The notes under the pieces were generated by a model, which did no database searches, was not told the origin of the DNA, and saw nothing but the letters and a program-made list of their open reading frames with translations. A stretch of 64,000 bases of DNA, taken from Acidobacteriota bacterium. GTDB lineage: Bacteria > Acidobacteriota > Thermoanaerobaculia > Multivoradales > JBCCEF01. This document shows positions 54,555-63,219 of this stretch, in pieces; within the stretch, counting starts at the first letter, position 1; each line of letters opens with the position of its first letter. Where the stretch lies: the NCBI GenBank assembly GCA_039030395.1, contig JBCCEF010000001.1, positions 417,315 through 481,314 of the forward strand, read 5' to 3'. A program made the translations under genes and the position numbers.

Positions 54555-55265
54555 ATGCGAATCGGCTGCCTCCTTCCGCTCGTCCTTCTCTCGTTCGCCG
54601 CTCTCGCCCCGCCGGTGTTGCCGCAGGGCGGAGACTCCAACATCAACGCGATCGAAAGCGCCCTGGAGAGCCGCTCACCGCTGCGCGCCCTGCGACTGGC
54701 CCGCCGCGCCCTGGAAAGGCTCACCCAACGGGTGTCCGATGACCCAGAGGGCGCCGCCCAGATCGCCCGCCTGCTGGCCCTCCAAGCGGTGGCCGAGGCG
54801 GGCATCGACGACCTCGACTCCGCCCGCTGGAGTTGGGCCCTCGCCCTCCACCTCGATCCGGAAGTTCAGGACCTCAACCTGCTGCGCTTCGGCCCCACCG
54901 GCACTCTGGTGGCCTCCTGGGAGGAGCGCCCGCTGGCGGTCGACGGCGAGATCACCGACGAGCGGTTCGCCGAGCGGCCTGGCGGCCCGGCAACTCTGTT
55001 CTCCGTCGATGGCGACTCCATCCTGCCGGACCGCAAGAGCGGCAAGGATCCGCGCTACGGACGCGGCTCGTCGCCGCGGCCGGTGATCCTCCAGATCCAC
55101 CTCGACCGGCGGGGCCGGCCGACGCTGCCGCGAGTGGTCGAAGCGCCTTCTCCGTTACGCGCCTACCTGGCGACGGAAGCAGTGCGCGACTGGCGCTTCC
55201 AGCCGGCCCGCATCAACGGCAACGAGGTGGCCGTGTACATCAACTGGCGGGTCGACTTCCGCTAG
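54555..55265 (+). CDS. Secreted TonB C-terminal domain protein (paralogue of 12209-12937)
   Basis: Signal peptide; shared LL.L.A.AEAG...A.WSW.LA motif; AVRDWRFQPARINGNEV. Confidence 0.7.
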   Translation: MRIGCLLPLVLLSFAALAPPVLPQGGDSNINAIESALESRSPLRALRLARRALERLTQRVSDDPEGAAQIARLLALQAVAEAGIDDLDSARWSWALALHLDPEVQDLNLLRFGPTGTLVASWEERPLAVDGEITDERFAERPGGPATLFSVDGDSILPDRKSGKDPRYGRGSSPRPVILQIHLDRRGRPTLPRVVEAPSPLRAYLATEAVRDWRFQPARINGNEVAVYINWRVDFR

Positions 55266-55336
55266 CGCCCGCCTGCCCCAGACCGAAAGATCAGGGTGGT
55301 ACCATCTCCCCGCCCCACCGCGAGGAGAACAGAATC

Positions 55337-56575
55337 ATGGCGAGCCACTTCGACAACGCCCTCCAGTACTTCACCGACGCGGCGCGCGTCATGGACGTGA
55401 GCCCCTCGATCGAAAAACTGCTGGTGACGCCGGCACGCCAGATGAAGGTCGAGGTGGCGATCGAGAGGGACGACGGCACGGTGGCCGTGTACGACGGCTT
55501 CCGGGTGCAGCACAACGCCGCCCGCGGCCCCTTCAAGGGCGGCATCCGCTTCCATCCGGAAGCGAACGACGACGAGGTCAACGCGCTCGCCAGCTTGATG
55601 ACCTGGAAGACCGCCGTTGTGGGAATTCCTTACGGCGGCGGCAAAGGCGGCGTGATGGTCAATCCGCACGAGCTGAGCAACAGCGAACTGCAGCGCCTGA
55701 CCCGCAAGTTCGTGGACCAGATCCACTTCATCATCGGCCCGAACATCGACATCCCGGCGCCGGACGTCAACACCAACTCCCAGACCATGGCCTGGATCGC
55801 CGACCAGTACGGCAAATTTCACGGCTTCGAGCCCGGCGTCGTCACCGGCAAGCCGATCGAGATCTACGGCTCCCAAGGTCGGGACGAGGCCACCGGCCGC
55901 GGTGTGGCGCTGTGCTCGAAGTGGGCGCTCGAAAGTCTCGGCCGGAGCATCGAAGGGGCCACCGTCGCCATCCAGGGTTACGGCAACGTCGGGAGCTGGG
56001 CCGGAAGGATTCTCGACTCCTGGGGCGCCCAGGTGGCGGCCGTGGGCGACCACGCCGCGTATCTCAAAAACCCCGAGGGCTTCGATGCGGCGGCCCTGGC
56101 GGACCACGTCAAAGCCAGTCCGGAGCGCTCCATCAAAGGCTTCCCGGGCGCCGACGACAGTTCCGAAGAGGAACTCTTCGCAATGGACGTGGACGTGTTG
56201 ATTCCGGCCGCCCTGGGCGGCGTGATCACCGATGAGGTGGCCGCCACGGTGCGGGCGCCGGTGATCGTCGAGGGCGCCAACGGCCCGACGGTGCCCTCCG
56301 CCCACCGCTCGCTGGTAAACCAGGGCACGCTGATCGTGCCGGACATCTTGGCCAACGCCGGCGGGGTGAGCGTGAGCTACTTCGAGTGGGTGCAGAACAC
56401 CCAGCGCTTCTACTGGGAGCGCGACGAGGTCAACGAAAAGCTGGAGCGCCTGCTGCGCAAAGCTTGGGACGCGGTGACCACCATGGCCGAGCGCCGCAGC
56501 CTCGACCTGCGCACCGCCGCCTTCGTGCTGGCGATTCGCGAAGTGGGCAAGGCCACGGTCCTGCGCGGACTCTGA
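55337..56575 (+). CDS. gdhA: Glu/Leu/Phe/Val dehydrogenase (glutamate dehydrogenase type)
   Basis: RVQHN..RGPFKGGIRF, MTWK, GGGKGG, DIPAPD, VTGKP, QGYGNVG, EGANGP, PDILANAGGV.VSYFEW; GAGGAG RBS. Confidence 0.9.
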   Translation: MASHFDNALQYFTDAARVMDVSPSIEKLLVTPARQMKVEVAIERDDGTVAVYDGFRVQHNAARGPFKGGIRFHPEANDDEVNALASLMTWKTAVVGIPYGGGKGGVMVNPHELSNSELQRLTRKFVDQIHFIIGPNIDIPAPDVNTNSQTMAWIADQYGKFHGFEPGVVTGKPIEIYGSQGRDEATGRGVALCSKWALESLGRSIEGATVAIQGYGNVGSWAGRILDSWGAQVAAVGDHAAYLKNPEGFDAAALADHVKASPERSIKGFPGADDSSEEELFAMDVDVLIPAALGGVITDEVAATVRAPVIVEGANGPTVPSAHRSLVNQGTLIVPDILANAGGVSVSYFEWVQNTQRFYWERDEVNEKLERLLRKAWDAVTTMAERRSLDLRTAAFVLAIREVGKATVLRGL

Positions 56576-56597
56576 CCAACGATCCGGAGACATCGAG

Positions 56598-57101
56598 ATG
56601 AACTATCGAGCCTTTCCCCTGTTCCAGGATCTCCCCGAGACCGAACTGGCCGAATTCGTGGCCGCCTGCCGGGAAGAAACGCTGGCCGCCGGCGAGGCCT
56701 TCATCGAAGCCGGCACTTCCAGCGACACCCTGTACTTCGTGCTCGCCGGCACCCTGGAAGTCTTTCAGGAGCTGGACGGCGAAGACGTCCAGCTCGCGGT
56801 GCTCGAAGCCCCGGCAGTGGTCGGCGAAATGGAGGCCCTGACCGGCGATCCCCGCGCCGCCTCGGTGCGCCCGCTGGAGGAAACCCGCGCCCTGGTGCTG
56901 CCTTGCGCCACCCTACGCGAGCGTTACCTGCAGGGCGACCGGCCGACCCTGAAGGTCTTCCTCCACATCACCCGCGTCCTCGCCCGGCGGCTCCACGCCA
57001 TGAACAAAAAGTTCGTCGAGCTGCAGAACGAAGACACCGTCCCCCAGGTCCACGACCTCCAGCGCTTCCAGCAAAAGCTGTTCGCCGAGTGGAGCTTCTA
57101 G
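56598..57101 (+). CDS. Cyclic nucleotide-binding domain protein (no HTH)
   Basis: PLFQDL, LYFVLAG.LEV, VGEMEAL.G.PRAASV. Confidence 0.85.
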   Translation: MNYRAFPLFQDLPETELAEFVAACREETLAAGEAFIEAGTSSDTLYFVLAGTLEVFQELDGEDVQLAVLEAPAVVGEMEALTGDPRAASVRPLEETRALVLPCATLRERYLQGDRPTLKVFLHITRVLARRLHAMNKKFVELQNEDTVPQVHDLQRFQQKLFAEWSF

Positions 57102-57109
57102 AGGGAGCC

Positions 57110-58915
57110 CAGGCTGTCAGCACTTCATTCTTCGGCCCCGACCTTCTCCTAACGGCTGGCGCCCTCGCGGTAGGCGTAGTCGGTCTCTACATAGCGGTTG
57201 GGCGACTGGCCGCGGCCTGGATCCCGATCCTCAGCGAGCATCGCTCGCGGAAACTACTCGAGAATCGACTTGCCCGCGGCCCCTTTGATTCCGACACGAT
57301 CAAATTCGCCACCCGGCGCTACATTCGCCCGCGATACACCAACATCGATCCAGGACAAGAAGCGACCCAACGGCGAATGCCCGTCGCCGCGTCCGGTGAC
57401 CTCTTCGAGGCCGTCGATGATTTCTTGGCCGAGGGGACGTCGCGACGTCATCTTTTGCTCTTGGCTGGACCTGGAACCGGCAAGACCTCCTTTGTCCTGA
57501 ACTACTACGCCTACAACGCAACGAAGCCTTCCAAGCGAAGGCGAACACTGCATCTCGTGCCCCTGGGTCGAGACGATGTCGAAGAGAGAATCGCCGCGGC
57601 CGAGTTTCCCAATGAGACCGTGCTGTTTCTCGACGCGCTCGACGAAGACGTCCAGGCAGTCGAGGACCACCGAGCCCGAATCCGGGACCTCATGGAATTG
57701 TCGAAGGACTTTCGAGCCGTGGTCATCACTTGCCGGACCCAGTTCTTCAGCCGAGATGAGGAGATCCCCACCGAGACCGGCATCACCAAGATCCAACCGC
57801 GTGGACTCGGGGAAGGCGCCGTATACGAGTTCTGGAAACTGTACTTGGCGCCTCTCAACGATCGGGAGGTACGTCGATACCTTCGACGGTGCTTCAAACC
57901 TTGGCAAGTCAAGGCGCGTCGCAGGGCCAAAGGTCTTCTTCGGAAGTCCGCGGACCTCATGCTACGCCCCATGTTGCTCAGTCATCTTCCGGAGCTGGTG
58001 GAACAGGACAGCATCAGCACGAGAGCGCAGATCTACGAGGCCATCGTCGCGGGCTGGATTGAACGAGAAGATGGATGGGTGAACAAAAACACCTTGTGGC
58101 AGTTCTCAGAGCGGCTCGCCGCGAACTTGTACCTGGAACGCGAACGGCGGGGCATGGAAGCAGTGCATGCCGATGAGCTCTCAGAACTCGCAAGCCGGTG
58201 GGAGATCGACATTCAGCCCTGGCAAGCGCGTGGCCGGGCGCTCCTCAACCGAGACGCTGTCGGCAACTACAAGTTCTCTCATCGATCCATCATGGAGTAC
58301 TTGTTCGCGAAGCAATGGGGAAATGAGGAGTTCATAGCTGAAGTTCCCCGCGACTCGTTCATTCCACTAACGGATGCGATGAGCGCGTTCATCCTCGACT
58401 CCCCACACAGTCAGATTGAGACAACTGGCATAGCGAAAGGCGTTACGAGAAATCCAGCAATGATATCGACGCCCTTCCTGCCCAACGGCATCAGACTGCC
58501 CAATACCAAAGCATTTCACACACCCATTGACGTCCCACACACGACCTTCAAGAATGAGCGTCTGGGCACTGCGGCGCGGAGCTTGGTCAACGACATCACA
58601 GCGTTTGGTGCGAAGATCGGCAAGGATGAACTTCTTACTGACGATGAAATGTCTCACTTCACATTGGGACTAGATTTCAGGGTCCGAAAAGAACAGTTCA
58701 AGGCGACCTTCTACTTTGAACAAACTCCTCGAAGAGCCAAAGCGCGGCTATCTCAGACCTTCATCCTCAAGCGATTGGGTATCGCTTCCGACGGTCTTTA
58801 CTTCCGGGTTTCACAGGAGAGATCTACCTACTCTGCATACTGGAAACACCAGGGACTCTTGTACTTTTCGCCGTCAAGAGAAGGCGTCTTTATAGTCATT
58901 AACCACGTAAGATAG
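57110..58915 (+). CDS. NACHT/STAND-family NTPase with N-terminal TM segment (start codon unresolved)
   Basis: Walker A LLLAGPGTGKTS, Walker B FLDALDE, VITCRTQFF, RPMLL, winged-helix YKFSHRSIMEYL; visibly lower GC than the flanks. Confidence 0.75.
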   Translation, partial: QAVSTSFFGPDLLLTAGALAVGVVGLYIAVGRLAAAWIPILSEHRSRKLLENRLARGPFDSDTIKFATRRYIRPRYTNIDPGQEATQRRMPVAASGDLFEAVDDFLAEGTSRRHLLLLAGPGTGKTSFVLNYYAYNATKPSKRRRTLHLVPLGRDDVEERIAAAEFPNETVLFLDALDEDVQAVEDHRARIRDLMELSKDFRAVVITCRTQFFSRDEEIPTETGITKIQPRGLGEGAVYEFWKLYLAPLNDREVRRYLRRCFKPWQVKARRRAKGLLRKSADLMLRPMLLSHLPELVEQDSISTRAQIYEAIVAGWIEREDGWVNKNTLWQFSERLAANLYLERERRGMEAVHADELSELASRWEIDIQPWQARGRALLNRDAVGNYKFSHRSIMEYLFAKQWGNEEFIAEVPRDSFIPLTDAMSAFILDSPHSQIETTGIAKGVTRNPAMISTPFLPNGIRLPNTKAFHTPIDVPHTTFKNERLGTAARSLVNDITAFGAKIGKDELLTDDEMSHFTLGLDFRVRKEQFKATFYFEQTPRRAKARLSQTFILKRLGIASDGLYFRVSQERSTYSAYWKHQGLLYFSPSREGVFIVINHVR

Positions 58916-58931
58916 TCGGACGAGAATCTCT

Positions 58932-59852
58932 TTGCCTGAGCTGCCTGACGTCGAGCTGTACCTTCACGCCCTGACGACCCGGGTGGTCGGCCGACGGCTG
59001 GAGCGCATTCGCCTGGCGAGCCCCTTTCTGTTGCGCAGCGTTCGGCCGCCGATCTCCACGGCGGAAGGCAAGGCGGTCACCGGCCTCCGAAGAATCGGCA
59101 AGCGGATCGTCTTCGAGCAGGAAGATGAACTGTTCCTGGTGATCCACCTGATGGTCGCCGGGCGATTCCAGTGGAAGCCGCGGCACGAAGGTGACCCGCC
59201 GGCCAAGATCCCCGGCCGGCTCGGATCGGCGGCGTTCGACTTTGCCGCGGGCACGCTGCTGCTGACGGAGGCCGGCTCGAAGAAGCGGGCATCGCTCCAT
59301 CTGGTGGAGGGCGAGAAGGGCCTACGCTTGCACGATCCCGGCGGCATCGAACCGTTGACCTCGCCCGACGAGGCCGTACTGGCCGCTCTGCGAGCCGAGA
59401 ACCACACCCTCAAACGAGCCCTGACCGACCCGCACATCCTGGCCGGCATCGGCAACGCCTACTCGGACGAGATCCTGCACCGGGCTCAGCTCTCGCCTTT
59501 CAAGCAGACCAAGCACCTGACCGACGACGAAGGCGATCGCCTACTCCAGGCGATGCGGGCGGTCCTCACGGAGTGGATCGAGCGCTTGCAGACCGAGACC
59601 GGCGACGGCTTCCCGAAGAAGGTCACCGCCTTCCGCCCGGAGATGGCCGTCCACGGGCGCTACCGCGAGCCTTGCCCGGAGTGCGGCGCCCCGGTGCAGC
59701 GCATTCTGTACGCGGAGAACGAGTCCAATTACTGCGCCCCCTGCCAGACCGGCGGCAAGCTGCTGGCGGACCGGGTGCTCTCCAAGCTCTTGAAAGGCGA
59801 CTGGCCAAAGACGCTCGAAGAGTTGGAGCGGCGTAAGGACGCTGCCTCCTGA
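58932..59852 (+). CDS. Fpg/Nei family DNA glycosylase
   Basis: N-terminal (M)PELPDVE, RIGK, HLM..G, H2TH GIGNAYSDEILH, zinc finger CPEC...YCAPCQ. Confidence 0.92.
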   Translation: MPELPDVELYLHALTTRVVGRRLERIRLASPFLLRSVRPPISTAEGKAVTGLRRIGKRIVFEQEDELFLVIHLMVAGRFQWKPRHEGDPPAKIPGRLGSAAFDFAAGTLLLTEAGSKKRASLHLVEGEKGLRLHDPGGIEPLTSPDEAVLAALRAENHTLKRALTDPHILAGIGNAYSDEILHRAQLSPFKQTKHLTDDEGDRLLQAMRAVLTEWIERLQTETGDGFPKKVTAFRPEMAVHGRYREPCPECGAPVQRILYAENESNYCAPCQTGGKLLADRVLSKLLKGDWPKTLEELERRKDAAS

Positions 59853-60113
59853 AGCTTCCTTCCGCCCCGGTGAGGGGATCGTTCGCCGTTTTGCGCATTC
59901 CTAAATAGAACCTCGATCGCTGAGAAGCCATCGCGGCCGGTAGCTTGGGCACCGGCCGGTGCGTCGCGGATCCATCCGCCGGCGCCCCGGTGGAGGTGTC
60001 TCCGGACCGCATCGCTCCCGGCGATCCCCTTTCCAATCGCTGGCGACCGCTCGGTATTGGAGCTTCTGGAGTTCCGGCGGACTGCCGGCAGGCCACAAGG
60101 AGCTTGCGCTTTG

Positions 60114-60596
60114 ATGAAGTCTTTCGGATCTCGATGTTGCTGGATCGGAATCTTCGCCCTCCTCTTCACCCTCTTCACCTTCCCCACCTTCGCCGAACGA
60201 GCCACGGGCTCGCAATGCACGCCCATCGCCGTCGACACCACCTCGGACTCGGTCGCGGCCCTGCTCGCCAGGGGCGTGGTGACCCCCCTCGGCCAACCGT
60301 TGGTCGAGCGCTCCCGGCAGGGCGAGGTCAACGTCAAGGAATCCCGGCAGAACTTCGTGATCCGCGACAAAGACGGCTACGCCATCGGCGGCGGAACCAC
60401 CACCTGCACCGCCACCTGCACCGGCGGCTGCGGCATTTCCGGTTGTGACCCGGACGATGGCGGCTGTACCGGCTGCATCTGCCGCGACAACTGGGACTGT
60501 CCGTCCTGCACCTGCAAGAAGTCGACAACCGCCGAGACCGCGCCAAACCAGCCCAGGCCGCGGGACGACGTTCCGCGCTCCCCTTCCTTCGACTGA
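60114..60596 (+). CDS. Secreted Cys-rich protein, array member 1
   Basis: AAGGAG RBS; signal peptide; AIGGGTTTC followed by a 10-Cys core; paralogous to the next three ORFs. Confidence 0.85.
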   Translation: MKSFGSRCCWIGIFALLFTLFTFPTFAERATGSQCTPIAVDTTSDSVAALLARGVVTPLGQPLVERSRQGEVNVKESRQNFVIRDKDGYAIGGGTTTCTATCTGGCGISGCDPDDGGCTGCICRDNWDCPSCTCKKSTTAETAPNQPRPRDDVPRSPSFD

Positions 60597-60614
60597 ACCG
60601 GAAAGGAAACTGAA

Positions 60615-61070
60615 ATGAAGAAAATCACCGTCCTGTCCGCGCTGATCCTGCTCACCCTCTCGCCCTTCGCCCTGGCCGAGGCACCGGTCGACTGCAAGCC
60701 CACCGCCATCGACGCCACGGCACCGAACATCGCCGCCCTGCTGGCCCAAGGCCAAGTGCAGGCCCTCGGCGCTCCGGTTACGCGCCTCAACACCATCGGC
60801 ACTCGCGTCGTCAAGGAGTCCTCCCAGCCGTTCATCATCCGCAATAGGGACGGCATGGCGATCGGCGGCGGAACCACCACCTGTGAGGCCACCTGTACCG
60901 GCTCCTGGTGCGGCGTCTCCGGTTGCGATCCAGACGAAGGCGGCTGCTCGGCCTGCTCCTGTAACGGTAACTGTAGTTCCGAGTGCACCTGCAAAAAGAC
61001 CACGACGGCGGAGACCGCTCCCACCCCGGTCAATCCGCGCAACGTACCGCGTGAGCCGAGCTTCCGTTAG
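60615..61070 (+). CDS. Secreted Cys-rich protein, array member 2
   Basis: AAGGA RBS; signal peptide MKKITVLSALILLTLSPFALA; same motif and 10-Cys core. Confidence 0.88.
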   Translation: MKKITVLSALILLTLSPFALAEAPVDCKPTAIDATAPNIAALLAQGQVQALGAPVTRLNTIGTRVVKESSQPFIIRNRDGMAIGGGTTTCEATCTGSWCGVSGCDPDEGGCSACSCNGNCSSECTCKKTTTAETAPTPVNPRNVPREPSFR

Positions 61071-61142
61071 GTGCGCCCTTCCCCAACGAATCTCAATCCA
61101 GCTTCGTCGGCGTACACCGCCGGCGGAGCTCTAGGAGGACCG

Positions 61143-61613
61143 ATGAAGAAACTCTCTTTTGCCATCCTGCTGCTGGCCTTGGTCGCCGGCCCCGCCCTCA
61201 CCATGGATCTTCCCGACCCGCAGGGGACCGAGTGCAAACCCCTCGCCATCGACCTCACCGCACCGGCGATCGCCGATCTCCTGCGCACCGGCGATCTTCT
61301 TGCCTTGGGCACTCCACAGGTCGAGTGGAAGGCCGGCGGAGCGGTCAAAGTCGAGCGACAGGACTTCGTGATCCGCGACAAGGACGGCTACGCCATCGGC
61401 GGCGGAACCACCACCTGCACGGGCTCCTGCGCCGGCAGCAGCGACTGCACCGTCAGCGGCTGCAAGGCCGAAACGGCGGGCTGCTCCCACTGCTCGTGCA
61501 GTGGCATCCATTGCGACTACGGCTGCACTTGTAAAAAGGAATCCAGTTACTCGCCGGCTCCGGCGGAACCCGGCAACGTGCCGCGGGACCGCACGCCGAC
61601 GCCCTTCTTCTAG
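61143..61613 (+). CDS. Secreted Cys-rich protein, array member 3
   Basis: AGGAGG RBS before ATG 61143; signal peptide; same motif and 10-Cys core. Confidence 0.88.
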   Translation: MKKLSFAILLLALVAGPALTMDLPDPQGTECKPLAIDLTAPAIADLLRTGDLLALGTPQVEWKAGGAVKVERQDFVIRDKDGYAIGGGTTTCTGSCAGSSDCTVSGCKAETAGCSHCSCSGIHCDYGCTCKKESSYSPAPAEPGNVPRDRTPTPFF

Positions 61614-61649
61614 CCAGCCATTTCGTGCACTTTCTTACGGAGGAACTCA

Positions 61650-62102
61650 ATGCGCAAAGCACTCGTACTCTGGATCGCAGCGGCGCTCTTTGCCACCGCC
61701 GCCTACGCCGAGCGAAAGGCCGGCTGTGAGGCGGTCGCCGTGGACGACAGCTCGCCAACGGCTCTCGATCTGCTGGCCTCCGGGCGGGCGGTGGCGACCG
61801 CCGCCCCGAGCACCCGCCACGAGGTGGTGAACGGTAAGGACACGAAGATTTCCAGCCTGCCGTTCGTCGTGTTCAATACCGAAGGTCAAGCCATTGGAGG
61901 CGGCACCACCACCTGTACCGCCACCTGCTCGGGAGCTTGGTGCGCCACCCGCGGCTGCGATCCTTCTGCCACCGGCTGCTCACCGTGTAGCTGCGACGGC
62001 GATTGCTATACGGTTTGTACCTGTAAAAAGAAGACCACCGCGGAAACGGCTCCGGCCCCAACCAATCCGCGCGGCCCGAACGACCGGCCCCGCAGCTTCT
62101 GA
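61650..62102 (+). CDS. Secreted Cys-rich protein, array member 4
   Basis: GGAGGA RBS; signal peptide ending AYA; same motif and 10-Cys core. Confidence 0.88.
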   Translation: MRKALVLWIAAALFATAAYAERKAGCEAVAVDDSSPTALDLLASGRAVATAAPSTRHEVVNGKDTKISSLPFVVFNTEGQAIGGGTTTCTATCSGAWCATRGCDPSATGCSPCSCDGDCYTVCTCKKKTTAETAPAPTNPRGPNDRPRSF

Positions 62103-62118
62103 TCGAAGCACCCCTCGG

Positions 62119-62152
62119 GCGATCGAGATCCCTCGGTCGCCTGTTCTCTTCC
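62119..62152 (+). terminator. Probable terminator after the Cys-rich array
   Basis: GGCGATCGAG-ATCC-CTCGGTCGCC stem followed by pyrimidine-rich TGTTCTCTT. Confidence 0.55.
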
Positions 62153-62179
62153 TTGCGTTGTTCGGAGGAAACGCTCGAT

Positions 62180-62560
62180 TCAACGAGCGAAGAAGACCAG
62201 CACGTCCAGGTCCTCGGTGATCGAGTGAAAACGATGCTCCACCTCGGCCGCCACGAAGATCACCGCTCCACTCCCTACCGGCCGGTCCTCGCCGGCGATG
62301 GAAATCACCGCCTTGCCGCGAAGGACGAAGTAGATCTCGTCCTCGGCGTGGGGGTTCTGGAGGTCCTCGGATCCAGCCGGCAGCCGATAGAGGCCGGTAC
62401 GCAGGTTGGCATTGGCGAAGAACTCGAGCCAGGGGCCTTCGGTGCCGGCGAGGCGATGGCGGAGTTCTTCCAACTCGAAGACGGCGCCGGACACTGTCGC
62501 CGAGGCACCGCCGGGGAGCAAAGCGCCTAGCGCTAACGCCGTCGCCAGTGCACGCCTCAC
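62180..62560 (-). CDS. Cupin domain protein
   Basis: Q.PHAEDEIYFV..G and G..IFV.A.VEHRFH cupin motifs. Confidence 0.88.
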   Translation of the reverse strand: MRRALATALALGALLPGGASATVSGAVFELEELRHRLAGTEGPWLEFFANANLRTGLYRLPAGSEDLQNPHAEDEIYFVLRGKAVISIAGEDRPVGSGAVIFVAAEVEHRFHSITEDLDVLVFFAR

Positions 62561-62838
62561 CGCCGGTCCGTTCCAGGAGGCGTCACGTTCTTCGGGCGCC
62601 GCCGGTGGAATCCATCGTCGTGGTCGTCGTCCTGGGCGGCCTCCGGCCGCCGCAAGCGACCGAGGAAAACGGTCAACAGGCCGAGCATGATCTCGTCCGC
62701 AAAGGGGATCATGTCCGGCAGGACGAGGTCGATCAAGAAGACCGCCGCCGTGACGAAGAACAGCTGTGGATACTTGAGTCGGCCGGCGAAGTTTTCGATG
62801 AAGCTCTTTCGCCGGGTGTCGCTGGGAGAGTGAGCCAT
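62557..62838 (-). CDS. Small membrane protein (DUF6116-like)
   Basis: RLKYPQLF...FLIDLVLPDMIPFADEIMLGL. Confidence 0.7.
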   Translation of the reverse strand: MAHSPSDTRRKSFIENFAGRLKYPQLFFVTAAVFLIDLVLPDMIPFADEIMLGLLTVFLGRLRRPEAAQDDDHDDGFHRRRPKNVTPPGTDRR

Positions 62839-62879
62839 GAAGTGAGTATAGCGCTCAGCGGGCCGCTCCCCAGGGGCGA

Positions 62880-63173
62880 TCAGGTGAACACGGCTTCGTA
62901 TTCGATGCCGTCACCCTTCGGCCCAAGGGGCACCAGGAACAAGCCCATCTCGCCGAGACCAGCGTGCTCCAGGGAGTAAATCGCCTGTTCCAGAACCGGC
63001 TCCGCCGGACCGCGGAAGAGCACCGAGAAGGGCTCCCGCGAGGAATCCGGATTCTTCACCATGGCGGTGACCTCGGTGATCTCGAGGTCGATCGCCGGAT
63101 CGCCCTCCAAGGTCAGTCGGGCCTTGGAACCGACGTGCTCCTGGAAGGTGGAAAGCTGTAGTTTTTCGAGCAT
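62880..63173 (-). CDS. DUF6916-like protein
   Basis: REPFSVLFRGP...LEQAIY...H..LG...LFLVPLG...YEAVF. Confidence 0.8.
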   Translation of the reverse strand: MLEKLQLSTFQEHVGSKARLTLEGDPAIDLEITEVTAMVKNPDSSREPFSVLFRGPAEPVLEQAIYSLEHAGLGEMGLFLVPLGPKGDGIEYEAVFT

Positions 63174-63219
63174 CGAAAAATTCTCCGCTGAGTCCAGAAA
63201 AAAGGAAAAGGATGGATGC

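Noticed and set aside
54833-55336. N-terminal extension of the gdh ORF (similar extensions at 15797, 42915, 44451, 45995)
   Set aside because: Upstream open frames mostly overlap other genes or elements; downstream ATGs with RBS, signal peptides or family-typical N-termini fit better.
55262-56593. 443-aa ORF antisense to the glutamate dehydrogenase gene
   Set aside because: Typical high-GC antisense open frame with no recognisable domain.
59946-59963. TGGGCAC...TGC as a sigma54 promoter for the Cys-rich array
   Set aside because: GG-to-GC spacing is 11-12 nt rather than the required 10.
60114-62102. Cys-rich array as a CRISPR array or a classical RiPP (ranthipeptide/lanthipeptide) cluster
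   Set aside because: The repeats are coding, about 500 nt apart, with no cas genes; the ORFs have Sec signal peptides, and no radical SAM, LanM/B/C, YcaO or C39 peptidase gene is nearby.
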